Below are positions 50,301-58,521 of a stretch of 64,000 bases of DNA, piece by piece. This DNA comes from a virus. The position numbers and the translations under genes were made by a program. Where the stretch lies: positions 28,344-92,343 of IMG/VR virus record IMGVR_UViG_3300042377_000625; one strand, 5' to 3'. Under the pieces are notes generated by a model, which saw only the letters and a list, made by a program, of their open reading frames with translations, was not told where the DNA came from and ran no database searches. The stretch's first letter is position 1; every line of letters starts with the position of its first letter.

Positions 50301-50696
50301 TTAAGTCCAATAGTTAGTGGTGTTGGGACTCCATTCCCCACTCAGAATGGTTCTTGTGCAATTCCTAATCTATACGATACGTCGGTACCACCATTTAAAA
50401 TAAATCTTTGTGGTCATGTATTTTGCGATACCGCAGTAGGTGCTGACCAGGTGGGTGTGAGTGTATCGTGGGTTAAATGTTCAGAGTTAAGTCAGATTGG
50501 GGTGTCACAACCTACTATAATTTTCGAAGATGTATATAATTATAATCCAAATACCAAGTCCGTATGTATTGGGTCACAAGTTACATATTATGACCCAATA
50601 TCTCAATGTGACGGTATGTTTATTGTTGGTATTAGTAGTCGTCTAGCTACCCCAAATAAAGTTCGATTTACTTGGACACTCTCAATACTATATTAA
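41343..50696 (+). CDS. Giant Gly-X-Y (Ser/Thr/Arg) repeat fibre protein 2, 3117 aa, with two inserted globular domains and a Cys-rich C-terminus
   Basis: N-terminal fibre-type domain (VTLPTS...YVVKN...QTIDG...SNGTGW); three repeat tracts; late motif at 41282. Confidence 0.85.
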   Translation: MANEFIARNGVKSLGGVTVPYKSVSSAYSVSTDDYLIEGSSNAPFSVTLPTSVGISGKIYVVKNTGSATITVNTTSSQTIDGSTTKTLTTDNSLYVQSNGTGWLIIGINGTSGTSGTSGSSGTSGSSGTSGTSGSSGSSGSSGTSGTSGSSGSSGSSGSSGSSGSSGTSGTSGSSGSSGSSGTAGTSGSSGSSGSSGLSGTSGTSGSSGSSGSSGTAGTSGSSGSSGSSGTSGSSGSSGTAGTSGSSGSSGSSGSSGTSGSSGSSGTSGTSGSSGTAGTSGSSGVSGTSGTSGSSGSSGSSGTSGTGGTSGSSGTSGSSGSSGSSGSSGTAGTSGSSGSSGTSGSSGTSGSSGTSGTSGSSGTSGTSGSSGTSGTSGSSGSSGSSGSSGSSGTAGTSGSAGTSGTSGSSGSSGSSGTSGSSGTSGSAGTSGTSGTSGSSGTSGTSGSSGSSGSSGSSGSSGSSGTAGTSGSSGTSGTSGSSGSSGSSGVSGTSGTSGSSGSSGSSGSSGSAGTSGTSGSSGSSGSSGTSGTSGSSGTAGTSGSSGSSGSSGTSGSSGSSGSSGSSGTSGTSGSSGSSGSSGTSGTSGTSGSSGTSGTSGSSGTAGTSGSSGSSGSSGSSGSSGSSGTSGTSGSSGTSGTSGSSGSSGSSGSSGTSGSSGTSGTSGSSGTSGSSGTSGSSGSSGSSGSSGSSGTSGSTGTSGTSGTSGSSGTAGTSGSSGSSGSSGSSGTSGTSGSSGTSGSSGSSGTSGTRGTSGSSGTSGTSGTSGSSGSSGSSGTAGTSGSSGTAGTSGSSGSSGSSGSSGSSGSSGTSGTRGTSGSSGTSGTSGSSGTSGTSGSSGISGVNGTNGTSGSSGSSGSSGTSGSSGTSGSSGSSGSSGSSGSSGTSGSSGTSGTRGTSGSSGTSGTSGTSGTSGSSGSSGSSGSSGTAGTSGSSGSSGSSGTSGSSGSSGSSGSSGSSGTSGTAGTSGSSGSSGTSGSSGSSGSSGSSGSSGTSGSSGTSGSSGSSGTAGSSGTSGTSGSSGTSGTSGSSGSSGTSGTSGTSGSSGSSGTSGISGTSGTSGTSGSSGSSGSSGSSGSSGTAGTSGSAGTSGTSGSSGSSGSSGSSGTAGTSGSSGSSGSSGSSGTSGTSGSSGSSGSSGTSGTSGTSGSSGSSGSSGTSGTSGSSGSSGSSGSSGTSGSSGSSGSSGSSGTAGTSGSAGTSGTSGSSGSSGSSGSSGTAGTSGTSGSSGSSGTSGSSGTSGSSGSSGSSGTSGTRGTSGSSGTSGTSGTSGTSGTSGSSGSSGSSGTSGTSGSSGSSGSSGSSGSSGTAGTSGSSGTAGTSGSSGSSGSSGSSGSSGSSGVSGTSGTSGTSGSSGTSGTSGSSGSSGSSGSSGSSGTSGSSGTSGTSGSSGSSGTSGSSGSSGSSGSSGSSGSSGTSGTRGTSGSSGTSGTSGSSGTSGTSGSSGSSGSSGTSGSSGTAGTSGSSGSSGSSGSSGSSGSSGSSGSSGTSGTSGSSGSSGSSGSSGTSGTRGTSGSSGTSGTSGTSGSSGSSGSSGTSGLSGTSGTSGTSGSSGSSGSSGSSGSSGVSGTSGTSGTSGSSGSSGSSGSSGSSGTSGSSGSSGSSGSSGTSGSSGSSGSSGTSGTRGTSGSSGTSGTSGLNGTAGTSGTSGSSGSSGTSGTSGSSGSSGSSGSSGSSGTSGTSGSSGSSGSSGLSGTSGTSGSSGSSGSSGSSGSSGTSGSSGSSGSSGSSGTSGSSGSSGTSGTRGTSGSSGTSGTSGLSGTSGTSGTSGSSGSSGSSGSSGTAGTSGSSGSSGSSGSSGTAGTSGSSGTSGSSGSSGSSGSSGTSGSSGSSGSSGTSGTRGTSGSSGTSGVSGTSGTSGTSGTSGTSGSSGSSGSSGSSGVSGTSGTAGTSGSSGSSGSSGSSGSSGSSGSSGTSGTSGSSGSSGSSGSSGISGTSGTSGSSGSSGSSGSSGTSGTRGTSGSSGTSGTSGLSGTAGTSGTSGSSGSSGSSGSSGTAGTSGSSGSSGSSGSSGTSGTSGSSGSSGSSGSSGSSGTSGTRGTSGSSGTSGTSGSSGTSGTSGSSGSSGSSGSSGSSGSSGTSGVSGSSGSSGTSGSSGSSGSSGSSGVSGSSGSSGSSGTSGTSGSSGSSGSSGSSGTSGTRGTSGSSGTAGTSGVNGASSCITWLSDTSNTTIPASTRISYGPVNVINSLNTIYVNKTSYNPSVDTSAWWTGLQNYVTANGAGSAYITVVEVETGLVGIYTVNSVSLAGNVYTVSVAVNSGGVSSWTNNYNHCINWVGSGKSGTSGTSGTRGTSGSSGTSGTSGTSGSSGSSGSSGSSGSSGSSGSSGSSGTSGTSGSSGSSGSSGTSGVSGSSGSSGTSGSSGSSGSSGSSGSSGTSGISGSSGSSGSSGSSGSSGSSGTSGTSGSSGSSGSSGSSGTSGTRGTSGSSGTSGTSGTSGSSGSSGSSGTSGTSGSSGSSGTSGSSGSSGSSGSSGSSGTAGTSGVSGASGVSGTSGTSGNSGSSGTSGTSGSSGSSGSSGSSGTSGNSGSSGSSGSSGSSGSSGSSGTSGSSGSSGTSGSSGSSGSSGTSGTRGTSGSSGTSGTSGTSGSSGSSGSSGSSGSSGTSGVSGSSGSSGSSGSSGSSGSSGTSGNSGSSGSSGSSGSSGSSGTSGTRGTSGSSGTSGTSGSSGTSGITANDGSNSGRWEYKGVGVGLDPLATRFATSNATQGLYNNLTINVLDYAGTNYTNWFKALALVVGLGNKVFFQVTKLGDNSNIAIYEITTIVDNTTWFDINFSSSLVGSGVLTSGDVCTISWVYNGKSGTNGTSGSSGTSGTRGTSGSSGTSGTSGTSGSSGSSGSSGSSGSSGTSGTRGTSGSSGTSGTSGTSGSSGSSGSSGSSGSSGSSGSSGLTGVAGTSGTSGGGGGSIAIYDEGTLVTSSAVSLNFAGTCITAVDDGGGAITVGIDCSKIYVIASTSATIGDFQVNESLDNYRIGDSACGWNGCEWTVLSPIVSGVGTPFPTQNGSCAIPNLYDTSVPPFKINLCGHVFCDTAVGADQVGVSVSWVKCSELSQIGVSQPTIIFEDVYNYNPNTKSVCIGSQVTYYDPISQCDGMFIVGISSRLATPNKVRFTWTLSILY
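41661..50052 (+). repeat. 9-bp-period coding repeat in three tracts (about 41661-47810, 48171-49360, 49734-50052)
   Basis: GSS/GTS/GTA/GTR triplets. Confidence 0.95.
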
Positions 50697-50699
50697 AAT

Positions 50700-50728
50700 A
50701 AAAAAGGGAGTCGTTTGACTCCCTTTTT
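50700..50728. terminator. Bidirectional terminator between fibre 2 and the glycosylation operon
   Basis: AAAAAGGGAGTC-GTTT-GACTCCCTTTTT. Confidence 0.85.
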
Positions 50729-51099
50729 TAATATTCCTTGTATGACTTCTCTTCAACAAAAAGAGACCCATATTTTAAATTAATCTCTTTCTTTAATTCT
50801 GCTCGTTTATCGTTTGTTACATAAACGGACCGAGCTAATTCTATGAATTCGGTGTCAAATACCTTATCTCTTTCTTTATCTCTAATAAGGTCTTCAATAT
50901 CCCAAAGACGTTCATTAACCAATAATAGATTATAAAAATCATCTGATTCAATTTTTAATTGATTAAATACAACATCATATAGATAATCGTATTCTGTAAT
51001 AACATTAAAAAGTTTACCTTTATCTGTTATATTATTTTTTTTAATTCTTAGGATAGTTAATTTGTCAACTATTTCCCCAATTGAAACTTCTATATTCAT
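50728..51099 (-). CDS. DUF6165-like small helical protein
   Basis: IEVSIGEIVDKLTILRIK...NERLWDIED...ARSVYVTNDKRAELK...EEKSY. Confidence 0.7.
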   Translation of the reverse strand: MNIEVSIGEIVDKLTILRIKKNNITDKGKLFNVITEYDYLYDVVFNQLKIESDDFYNLLLVNERLWDIEDLIRDKERDKVFDTEFIELARSVYVTNDKRAELKKEINLKYGSLFVEEKSYKEY

Positions 51100-53201
51100 T
51101 ATAATAAATGTTGTATTCTGTCAATAACCATTTGAGAGGTTATCGATTTATGGCATTCAAACTGTCTTTCTGTTCCTTTATGTTCAGGACACCAATTCCA
51201 ATCACCCTTATCAAATTTAAACATTGGATTATTCCAACACCCGTTACAAACTGATGGGTTAGTGATTCTTGTGCAATTAGAAGTAAACTCATGGTCAGGT
51301 TCGGTAAAGTTAGAAATCATAACAACATGTTTTCCTAATGCCCATGTCAACCAAGATAATCCACTTGATAAACCAATAAAGAACTCACTATGATGAATAC
51401 AATTCATTGTGTTCTCAATTGACGTGTCCTTTAGTTTTGTCACACCATCCATTCGGTCACTTTCTTTAGATACATTAATGACCCTATATCCTTTAGATAC
51501 TAAGTAATCAATTAGTTCCCTCCACCCATTAGGATTATTCCAATACTTAACTCCCGCGGTTGATTCATTTGCAATCGTAATATACTTTTCCGTAAATGGT
51601 CGTTCTGATGGAATAAAATCAATGTTTGGTTTAATTTCGTTAAACTCTAAACCAATAATATTTGTTATTGCTTTTTGTAATGGGATTGTATTTGGTAATT
51701 CGGGTTCTTTATTTGTATCATAGAACCACCCAATTGTATACATACCAATTAAATCATGAACCGTACTTCCTGGTGAAACAAACTCAATCTCAGAGTAAGA
51801 TTTTTCAAATAACTTATTCCAAAATGTTGAAACAATAACATGACAATTGTGTTTCTTCTTAAATTCTAAAACATATGGTATCCAAGCAATACTATCCCCA
51901 AGAGAACGAGAATCGAATGAAATGAATACTCTTTTGTTAATAAAATTTGGTTTATATTCATAAATTAATTCCTCACCATCAAGAACTTTAACATCCCAAT
52001 CAGTATAATACTGTCTAGATAGTTTAGTCCACATATTTGGTTTTAACTCGGTTGAGTAGTATAAATTTTCTTTATCATAAAATTGTACTTTGTATGACTT
52101 TACGCCAGAACCTTTAATTTCTAAAAAAGGATTATTGACGAAATGTATAACACAATCAATATCTTCTTCAACAACAGGTACAAATTTTTCTGTATTTTCA
52201 ATATTATCAACTAATAATTCTTTTGTATCATTTGAGTTATATTCTTTTTTAATTAATTTAGTTACTTCATACATTTTTAACATACGCTCACAAATTACCA
52301 ACCAATCAAATTTTTCTCTATTCTTCAGTGTTTGGGACACATAAAAATTATAATTATTAATAATATCTTGTATTCCGTTTATGACAGAATTAGTGTTAAG
52401 TTCACAAACAATCATACCTTTAATTTTTTGGGTACCACTATAAGTACCAACAATTGGTATTCCACAAGAAATTGCTTCAAGTAATGTTAAATTAGGATGA
52501 CCCGCCTCTAAACAAGATGGGTGTAGAAAAATTGAATGCGATTTGTATAATTCTAATATCTCATCCTCATTTGGATTTGTTAATAATAGTGTTAACTTAT
52601 CATATTCTAATAAGTCTTTGTGGTGTTCAAAAAAGTTATGGTTATTTTCAGGGCCAGCAATTGTTATTGGTAACCCCAATGACTTAGCCGCTTCAATAGC
52701 ATATCTAAATCCTTTTCTATCGTAAGACGAGTCTCCTCCAATACCGTTGTTCGCTAAACACAATAATTTATGTTCCGTTCGATAAGGTTGGTCTACTTTA
52801 AAGAATTTAGTATCAACTCCGTGAGATAAATAAAATAATTTATCAGTCTCACTAAAGTAATCCACTAAGAACTCCGCATGACAAAATGAAATAACAGACT
52901 TTTGGATTGCTTCTAAATTTTGTTGATAGTTAAATGAATCTTTACCATTATACACAACATGATGGTCGTGTAATGAAAAAATGTAAGGTATACCTCGTTC
53001 ATACGCTTCAATAGCTAAATTTGCGATATGAATGTGAACAATATCGGTATTGTTAATGTCAACCCCATTTAAATACTTTATATCAGAAATATGACCTAAT
53101 GAGTTTAAATGGTTATTGTAGTTAAAAATTATCTTTTCAACGGCACCCCATCCATTTGGGGGTATGGAAATAATTCCTGGTGTTACTTGTGTTATATTCA
53201 T
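51099..53201 (-). CDS. GT4 glycosyltransferase fused to an Aah/TibC-like autotransporter O-heptosyltransferase
   Basis: N-terminal PPNGWGAVE...EAGHPNLTLLEAISCGIP; C-terminal SLGDSIAW, FIGLSSGLSWL.W, CNGCW...WCPEH...FEC. Confidence 0.85.
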   Translation of the reverse strand: MNITQVTPGIISIPPNGWGAVEKIIFNYNNHLNSLGHISDIKYLNGVDINNTDIVHIHIANLAIEAYERGIPYIFSLHDHHVVYNGKDSFNYQQNLEAIQKSVISFCHAEFLVDYFSETDKLFYLSHGVDTKFFKVDQPYRTEHKLLCLANNGIGGDSSYDRKGFRYAIEAAKSLGLPITIAGPENNHNFFEHHKDLLEYDKLTLLLTNPNEDEILELYKSHSIFLHPSCLEAGHPNLTLLEAISCGIPIVGTYSGTQKIKGMIVCELNTNSVINGIQDIINNYNFYVSQTLKNREKFDWLVICERMLKMYEVTKLIKKEYNSNDTKELLVDNIENTEKFVPVVEEDIDCVIHFVNNPFLEIKGSGVKSYKVQFYDKENLYYSTELKPNMWTKLSRQYYTDWDVKVLDGEELIYEYKPNFINKRVFISFDSRSLGDSIAWIPYVLEFKKKHNCHVIVSTFWNKLFEKSYSEIEFVSPGSTVHDLIGMYTIGWFYDTNKEPELPNTIPLQKAITNIIGLEFNEIKPNIDFIPSERPFTEKYITIANESTAGVKYWNNPNGWRELIDYLVSKGYRVINVSKESDRMDGVTKLKDTSIENTMNCIHHSEFFIGLSSGLSWLTWALGKHVVMISNFTEPDHEFTSNCTRITNPSVCNGCWNNPMFKFDKGDWNWCPEHKGTERQFECHKSITSQMVIDRIQHLL

Positions 53202-53202
53202 A

Positions 53203-54192
53203 TTAATTATTTTTAATTAATTTGTTATTTTTTTTAAATTTTTCAATAACTTCATCATCATCTAATTGATATTCAAATATTAATATATTATTTGAATATA
53301 ATTTTACTTTTTTAATGTCCTTTAATTCACCAATAGTTCTAAAATGAAACGTGTTTGGTTTTATCATAGGAATATTTAAATAGGTGTTATCGTTAATGAT
53401 AATGTCAATATTTTCGTTAATTTTATTTGGGTTACTATTATTACAATACACATGTAGTTTATTGTCATCATAAAATAATGTCTTAAACACTACAGGAGAA
53501 TCTGTATTACTTTTAATGGTATCGGCATTTAGCCCTTGGTTTAATAATTCTGACTTATCAAATGATATAAAATTTTTATTATTAATTAATAAAGATTCTG
53601 ATACCTTCTCAACTAAAAGATTATTATCTTCTTTTGAAAACTCGTGTAAAATTTTTTCTCGATTCCACAACAATTCATCATACGTATATGAATTAAGGTT
53701 ATATGCTGAGTATGGGCCAAATAAATGGTCTGAATCCCCGTCGAACCCTCGTTTTGTTAAATAATAAACACAATCATAATCTTTAAGTAAAACGTCATTA
53801 TTATCAATAACTTTAATGTCGGTTATTTCCGAATCGTATTCAATATAATGTAATACATTATACCCCAACATTTTAGAAATAAACATCCCAAAGAATAGAT
53901 TTCTAGTACAAGGTAAAATTGATGTTGATTGTTTTATAACATCTTTACTTACCAAGGTATTTCCAAAAAGTTCAATGTGACCCCATCCTTTTAAATTGTC
54001 TTCGTCGACAAATTCGTTTTCACTATCATAAAAATGATAGTTAACATCAGATATAATGTCAGATGGGGTAAAACTATGGGTTATTAGAAAAATGTCCTTT
54101 TTTTCTTTTTTTAATTTTCTAATTAAATTTCTTAACGCATCTTGTTTTTCTTTTGTTGGTGTGTGAGACGCGACTAAACAAATTGATTTCAT
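53203..54192 (-). CDS. Putative glycosyltransferase-like protein (unclassified repeated domain)
   Basis: Homologous to 54857 and the middle of 55834; YIEYDS acidic motif. Confidence 0.55.
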   Translation of the reverse strand: MKSICLVASHTPTKEKQDALRNLIRKLKKEKKDIFLITHSFTPSDIISDVNYHFYDSENEFVDEDNLKGWGHIELFGNTLVSKDVIKQSTSILPCTRNLFFGMFISKMLGYNVLHYIEYDSEITDIKVIDNNDVLLKDYDCVYYLTKRGFDGDSDHLFGPYSAYNLNSYTYDELLWNREKILHEFSKEDNNLLVEKVSESLLINNKNFISFDKSELLNQGLNADTIKSNTDSPVVFKTLFYDDNKLHVYCNNSNPNKINENIDIIINDNTYLNIPMIKPNTFHFRTIGELKDIKKVKLYSNNILIFEYQLDDDEVIEKFKKNNKLIKNN

Positions 54193-54193
54193 T

Positions 54194-54856
54194 TTAATAT
54201 TTGTGTTTGTTGGTTATGTGAACCATTAAATAATCTCTACTCTCTTCCTGAGAATCGACAATGATATAATCTTTCATTAGTAAAAACGTGACCGCGTCCC
54301 CACCAATATCTTCTAACCAAATCATCGGTTTATCTTTTTCTAATAAATTAACCATTCCTTCAAACGAAGATTTTTCAAATCCCTCAACATCAATTTTAAT
54401 AAACTTAACGGGTTCGGGTAAATTAAATGTATCTAAAGAAATTACTAAATTAGTGTTATTACTATACTCAACTACTTTAACAACACCACTATTAGAGTCA
54501 TGACCATTGTCGAAATGTACCATGGAATTACAACTACCAACACCTAAACAAAAACAATGTACGTTATCCAATTGTTTAGTGTTTAATCTAAGTAATTCAT
54601 AATTTTCAAAATACGGCTCAAAAGCCCAAATAGATATATTTGGTAAATAATGTTTTAATTGTACGCAGTGATTACCTATGTTAGCCCCAATATCCAGATA
54701 AAGACCGTTTTTAGGAAAAAAATGTAACCATTTGTTAACAATCTTAAATTCCCAAAAATTATTGTATTTTACTATGTCATCTGAAATACATTCAGGGCCA
54801 TCAAATACCACCATTGGTTTATTAAATATACTAACTAATCTAATATCTCTTTTCAT
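54194..54856 (-). CDS. FkbM-family methyltransferase
   Basis: LDIGANIGNH, AFEP, FIKIDVEGFE. Confidence 0.92.
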   Translation of the reverse strand: MKRDIRLVSIFNKPMVVFDGPECISDDIVKYNNFWEFKIVNKWLHFFPKNGLYLDIGANIGNHCVQLKHYLPNISIWAFEPYFENYELLRLNTKQLDNVHCFCLGVGSCNSMVHFDNGHDSNSGVVKVVEYSNNTNLVISLDTFNLPEPVKFIKIDVEGFEKSSFEGMVNLLEKDKPMIWLEDIGGDAVTFLLMKDYIIVDSQEESRDYLMVHITNKHKY

Positions 54857-55834
54857 TTAATTAAATTCAATTAATCCTTTTTCTTTTATTTGTTCTAAAC
54901 TATCCTCATTTAATACTAATGTTTTCACATATTCTATTGTATCATTTTCGTACACCTCAATTATTAATTTATCGTCTCTTAAAGATAGTGGTATATAAAA
55001 CCAATGTGTAGGATAAACAATTTTATCTGTAATGACTTTATTATTCATTTTAACAACGACTCGATATTCATATGAATTTCTGACACCACTGTGACAATAT
55101 AATATTGGTGTTGATGGGTCTTTAACGTTATGTAATACCTCAATCATAAAATTCTCAACCCTAAATAAATTAATATCACTTTCATTAAAATACTCACTTG
55201 AGTGTTCGTTGATTATTAAAAACTCATGCTCATAATGTTGTAATTTTTGGAAAAACGCCAACTCTAATGTTAACGGCATTAAGTGTTCGTACCACTCATT
55301 TTCTGTGACAGGTAATTTTAAAATTTCATTAAAGTAGGAAGGTGTAATCCCGAATAGTTGTGTCTCATAAACATAAGACCCACTATCTCTATACCCCTCA
55401 GGTTTAAAGAAAATACATTTCTTTCTTTCCTCAACCATAGTATCAACCAATTGATTTAATTTTGTAACATCATTTTCCGAGAATAAATTATCATTCTCAA
55501 TAAAATAAACAAAATCGTATTTTTTTATATCGGCAAATTTAAATGCGTTAAACATATTTTGACAAATCGGTAACGAATGTCTTGAGTTATTAACCCTTAA
55601 GAAAAAAGAGTCGGTTTTAAACCAATAATACGGTGATTTATCTAATGGTGTTAAAGTTTGGTTTTTATCGTAAATATAATACTCAACCATTGATTGTAAT
55701 TCAATTGATACAGGGTAATGACTAACTAACATAAAATCAAAACCACTATTTTTTAATGAGTTTATTTCATTAATTAGAACTTGTTCTTTTTTTGGTGTAT
55801 TCGGGTATGCTCCGATAACTATTAATTTTTTCAT
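54857..55834 (-). CDS. Putative glycosyltransferase-like protein (unclassified repeated domain)
   Basis: IGAYPNT...MLVSHYPVS...YYIYD...FIENDN. Confidence 0.55.
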   Translation of the reverse strand: MKKLIVIGAYPNTPKKEQVLINEINSLKNSGFDFMLVSHYPVSIELQSMVEYYIYDKNQTLTPLDKSPYYWFKTDSFFLRVNNSRHSLPICQNMFNAFKFADIKKYDFVYFIENDNLFSENDVTKLNQLVDTMVEERKKCIFFKPEGYRDSGSYVYETQLFGITPSYFNEILKLPVTENEWYEHLMPLTLELAFFQKLQHYEHEFLIINEHSSEYFNESDINLFRVENFMIEVLHNVKDPSTPILYCHSGVRNSYEYRVVVKMNNKVITDKIVYPTHWFYIPLSLRDDKLIIEVYENDTIEYVKTLVLNEDSLEQIKEKGLIEFN

Positions 55835-58521
55835 TACTTAATAAATGTTTTAAATTCCTTATCGATTAATGACACTCCATCAGCTTGAGTTGTAATTCTG
55901 TTTTTTAGAATACCCATATTTAACCCATGTTCGATAAAAATAAGGTTGAAATATGAGTCAGCACAATCCCACTTATGATTACGTAATTGTTCGTATAAGA
56001 ATTCTCTAGTTTTTCTTGGGAACATAATACATTGTAACCCAATAATTTTATCAGTAATAAACAACAAGTCTTGGTTCGGGATTTCTTTAATCACATTTGA
56101 TTGATGCCAAGCGAAGTCTAATGTTTTAGTGTCCCCAAATGAAAAATATTGTATGTCCGATTCGATAACGGTATCACACACTTGTTTAACTTTATCAATG
56201 AATTCCTCAATAGGGACCTCAATTAAACAGTCTCCCTCACAAACAATTAAGAAATCCAAATCTTTATCGAATTCAGATATAATACCATTTTTAAATGATT
56301 CAAAACATCCGTAATGTGCTGGTGTTAGTGCAGTACCTAGTCGGTTTGTTGTCTCTTCATCAAAAAGTTCCATAGACACACATTGTGGTCTAACACAATT
56401 ATGTGATGGAGGTATAGATTTGTATAGTTCATTTGTATGTAAAACATATTCAATACCGTATTTTGATACTTGTTGTAACGACTCTCTTGATAAGATTTCT
56501 CTCTCATCGTTATTTGTTGTTTGTAAATGAACTAATTTAATTTTAGGTAATCGTTTATACTTAAACCATCCATTATTTTTGTAACTAATTATTGTTTCAT
56601 TATTTAATATGTAAGATTCTGATTTATATTGAACTCCACCCTCAAAAAAGGTTAACTTAATCTCTATTGGAACTCCATCGTAGTCAATTTCTTTTAAGAA
56701 TTCTCGGGTTTGTAGAATATTAAATGATTTAGAATAAATGGTTTCGTTATTTTTATTAATCTCAACACTAACTGTTCTGTCATCAATATTATATGTGTAG
56801 AAATAAAACACCCATTTATTCTCGTTATTAATAATTGGTAATATAGAATAGTATTCTGAATTAGATGAGACTCCTTTACCTGAATTAATTAAGAATGTAT
56901 GACTATCATTTGTAATGACATTAACTGTTGGTTCGTGAATTAATTTCTTATAAAAGAAATCCTCTAAGAAGTTTTGACAATTATTTATTCTACATTCTGA
57001 TTTGTAAATTTCTTTAGTTATTATATGTGAAAATTTTTCTAAAAAGAAATCAGTTTTAAACGTCATTGCGGTAGTCTCAATACCAACATTAAACGCCGTA
57101 GGTAAAGTACATAAGAATGCGTCTTTTTCATCCAACAATTTAAATGATTGATTAACATATTCAATATCATCATGATGTAATATAACATCGTAGGTTATGT
57201 AAAATACTTTATTAAAATTAAAATCTTTTGCGGATTTAAACCCATTAATTAAATTAGTTAAAACAGGTAATGATTGGTTAGTATCTTTTAATCCGTTAAT
57301 GTTAATCTCAACATCAAACTCTGATTTATAATTATAAAACTTAGTATAATAAGAATGTTCTGTTGTTGGGTTATTTGAATCAAAAATATAATAGTCGACC
57401 ATTTTTTGAATATCGTTCGACACTGGATAATGAGAAACCAACATTACTTTTCGACCTAATTTTTTAACAGACTTAATACATTCGATAGTTAATTTTTCTC
57501 GTGATTTAGTATTCGGATAAGTACCAACAATAACTAACTCATTATTATCATATTTTTCTTTATAAGGATTTAATAATGATAGTAATTTTGATGTATCATG
57601 ATTAATATCTCCTGTTAAAAATGTTATATTTTCGTACTTATCGTATTTTCCACAATAAACATCCAAGTTATACATCATCATTGGGATTCTATACTCCAAA
57701 GCCTCTTTTAAGGCGATTGGGTTTAATTCTTTATTGTTTCTGTCACCTTTTGAAGGAAACAAGAATAAGTCCGACGCTTCAATAAATGATTGTACGTCTT
57801 TTCTTTCTCCCCAAACAACGCAGTTATCAGGTTTATTTTTAATCAACGGACCCCAATATGATTGGAAGTTTTCGGCCTGATTACCCAAAAAATGAAATTT
57901 TATTTTATAATCCTTTAATTTATGTGCGATGTCAAAAATATAGGATTGATTTTTTCTTGCCGTGAACAATCCAACATTTAAAACATGTTTATATGTTGGG
58001 TCTAAATCTAATAATTCTTGGTTTTGTTTTTTATTTTTTTCTTTATAGTCTACAGGGTATTCAACAATGTCATACGGAATATCATATATAGAATATCTAA
58101 ATGCGTTATACGCACTTACGAATATAAATTTATCGGGGAACCATCTTTTATGTGAAACAGAAAAACTAGAATCATGTGTGGTTTCAAATATTGTGTATTC
58201 CCTATCTTCCCTATATAATTCTTTTGTGACAGAATCATCCATGAAAAATTCAGGAAATTCTTCCATACTAACAACATCAGGTTTAAACTCATTAACAATT
58301 CTAATTAACTCGTTTTTATCTTCCCCTAAAGAATGGAAATTATCACCAAGTAATTCTTGTATTTGATTTCTTTGAACGACAAACGTCCAAGCAACAAATG
58401 CGTACTCAACACATTTGATTTCATATTCATTGTTAATTAATTGTATTTTATTTAATGTGACTTGAGGCGCTCCTCCAGTACTTAAATGAGGAGAAACAAC
58501 TAATATTTTTTTCTTTTTCAT
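55834..58521 (-). CDS. Multidomain glycosyltransferase: GT4 + unclassified domain + GT25-like domain
   Basis: HLSTGGAP...RKNQ...ELNPIALKEAL; VGTYPNT...VSHYPV; HYGCFESF...VCEGDC. Confidence 0.75.
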   Translation of the reverse strand: MKKKKILVVSPHLSTGGAPQVTLNKIQLINNEYEIKCVEYAFVAWTFVVQRNQIQELLGDNFHSLGEDKNELIRIVNEFKPDVVSMEEFPEFFMDDSVTKELYREDREYTIFETTHDSSFSVSHKRWFPDKFIFVSAYNAFRYSIYDIPYDIVEYPVDYKEKNKKQNQELLDLDPTYKHVLNVGLFTARKNQSYIFDIAHKLKDYKIKFHFLGNQAENFQSYWGPLIKNKPDNCVVWGERKDVQSFIEASDLFLFPSKGDRNNKELNPIALKEALEYRIPMMMYNLDVYCGKYDKYENITFLTGDINHDTSKLLSLLNPYKEKYDNNELVIVGTYPNTKSREKLTIECIKSVKKLGRKVMLVSHYPVSNDIQKMVDYYIFDSNNPTTEHSYYTKFYNYKSEFDVEININGLKDTNQSLPVLTNLINGFKSAKDFNFNKVFYITYDVILHHDDIEYVNQSFKLLDEKDAFLCTLPTAFNVGIETTAMTFKTDFFLEKFSHIITKEIYKSECRINNCQNFLEDFFYKKLIHEPTVNVITNDSHTFLINSGKGVSSNSEYYSILPIINNENKWVFYFYTYNIDDRTVSVEINKNNETIYSKSFNILQTREFLKEIDYDGVPIEIKLTFFEGGVQYKSESYILNNETIISYKNNGWFKYKRLPKIKLVHLQTTNNDEREILSRESLQQVSKYGIEYVLHTNELYKSIPPSHNCVRPQCVSMELFDEETTNRLGTALTPAHYGCFESFKNGIISEFDKDLDFLIVCEGDCLIEVPIEEFIDKVKQVCDTVIESDIQYFSFGDTKTLDFAWHQSNVIKEIPNQDLLFITDKIIGLQCIMFPRKTREFLYEQLRNHKWDCADSYFNLIFIEHGLNMGILKNRITTQADGVSLIDKEFKTFIK

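Noticed and set aside
33540-50696. Ice-nucleation protein (InaZ) or serine-rich repeat adhesin identity
   Set aside because: No AGYGST octapeptides, no SxSx dipeptide pattern and no signal or LPxTG anchor; the period is 3 with Gly
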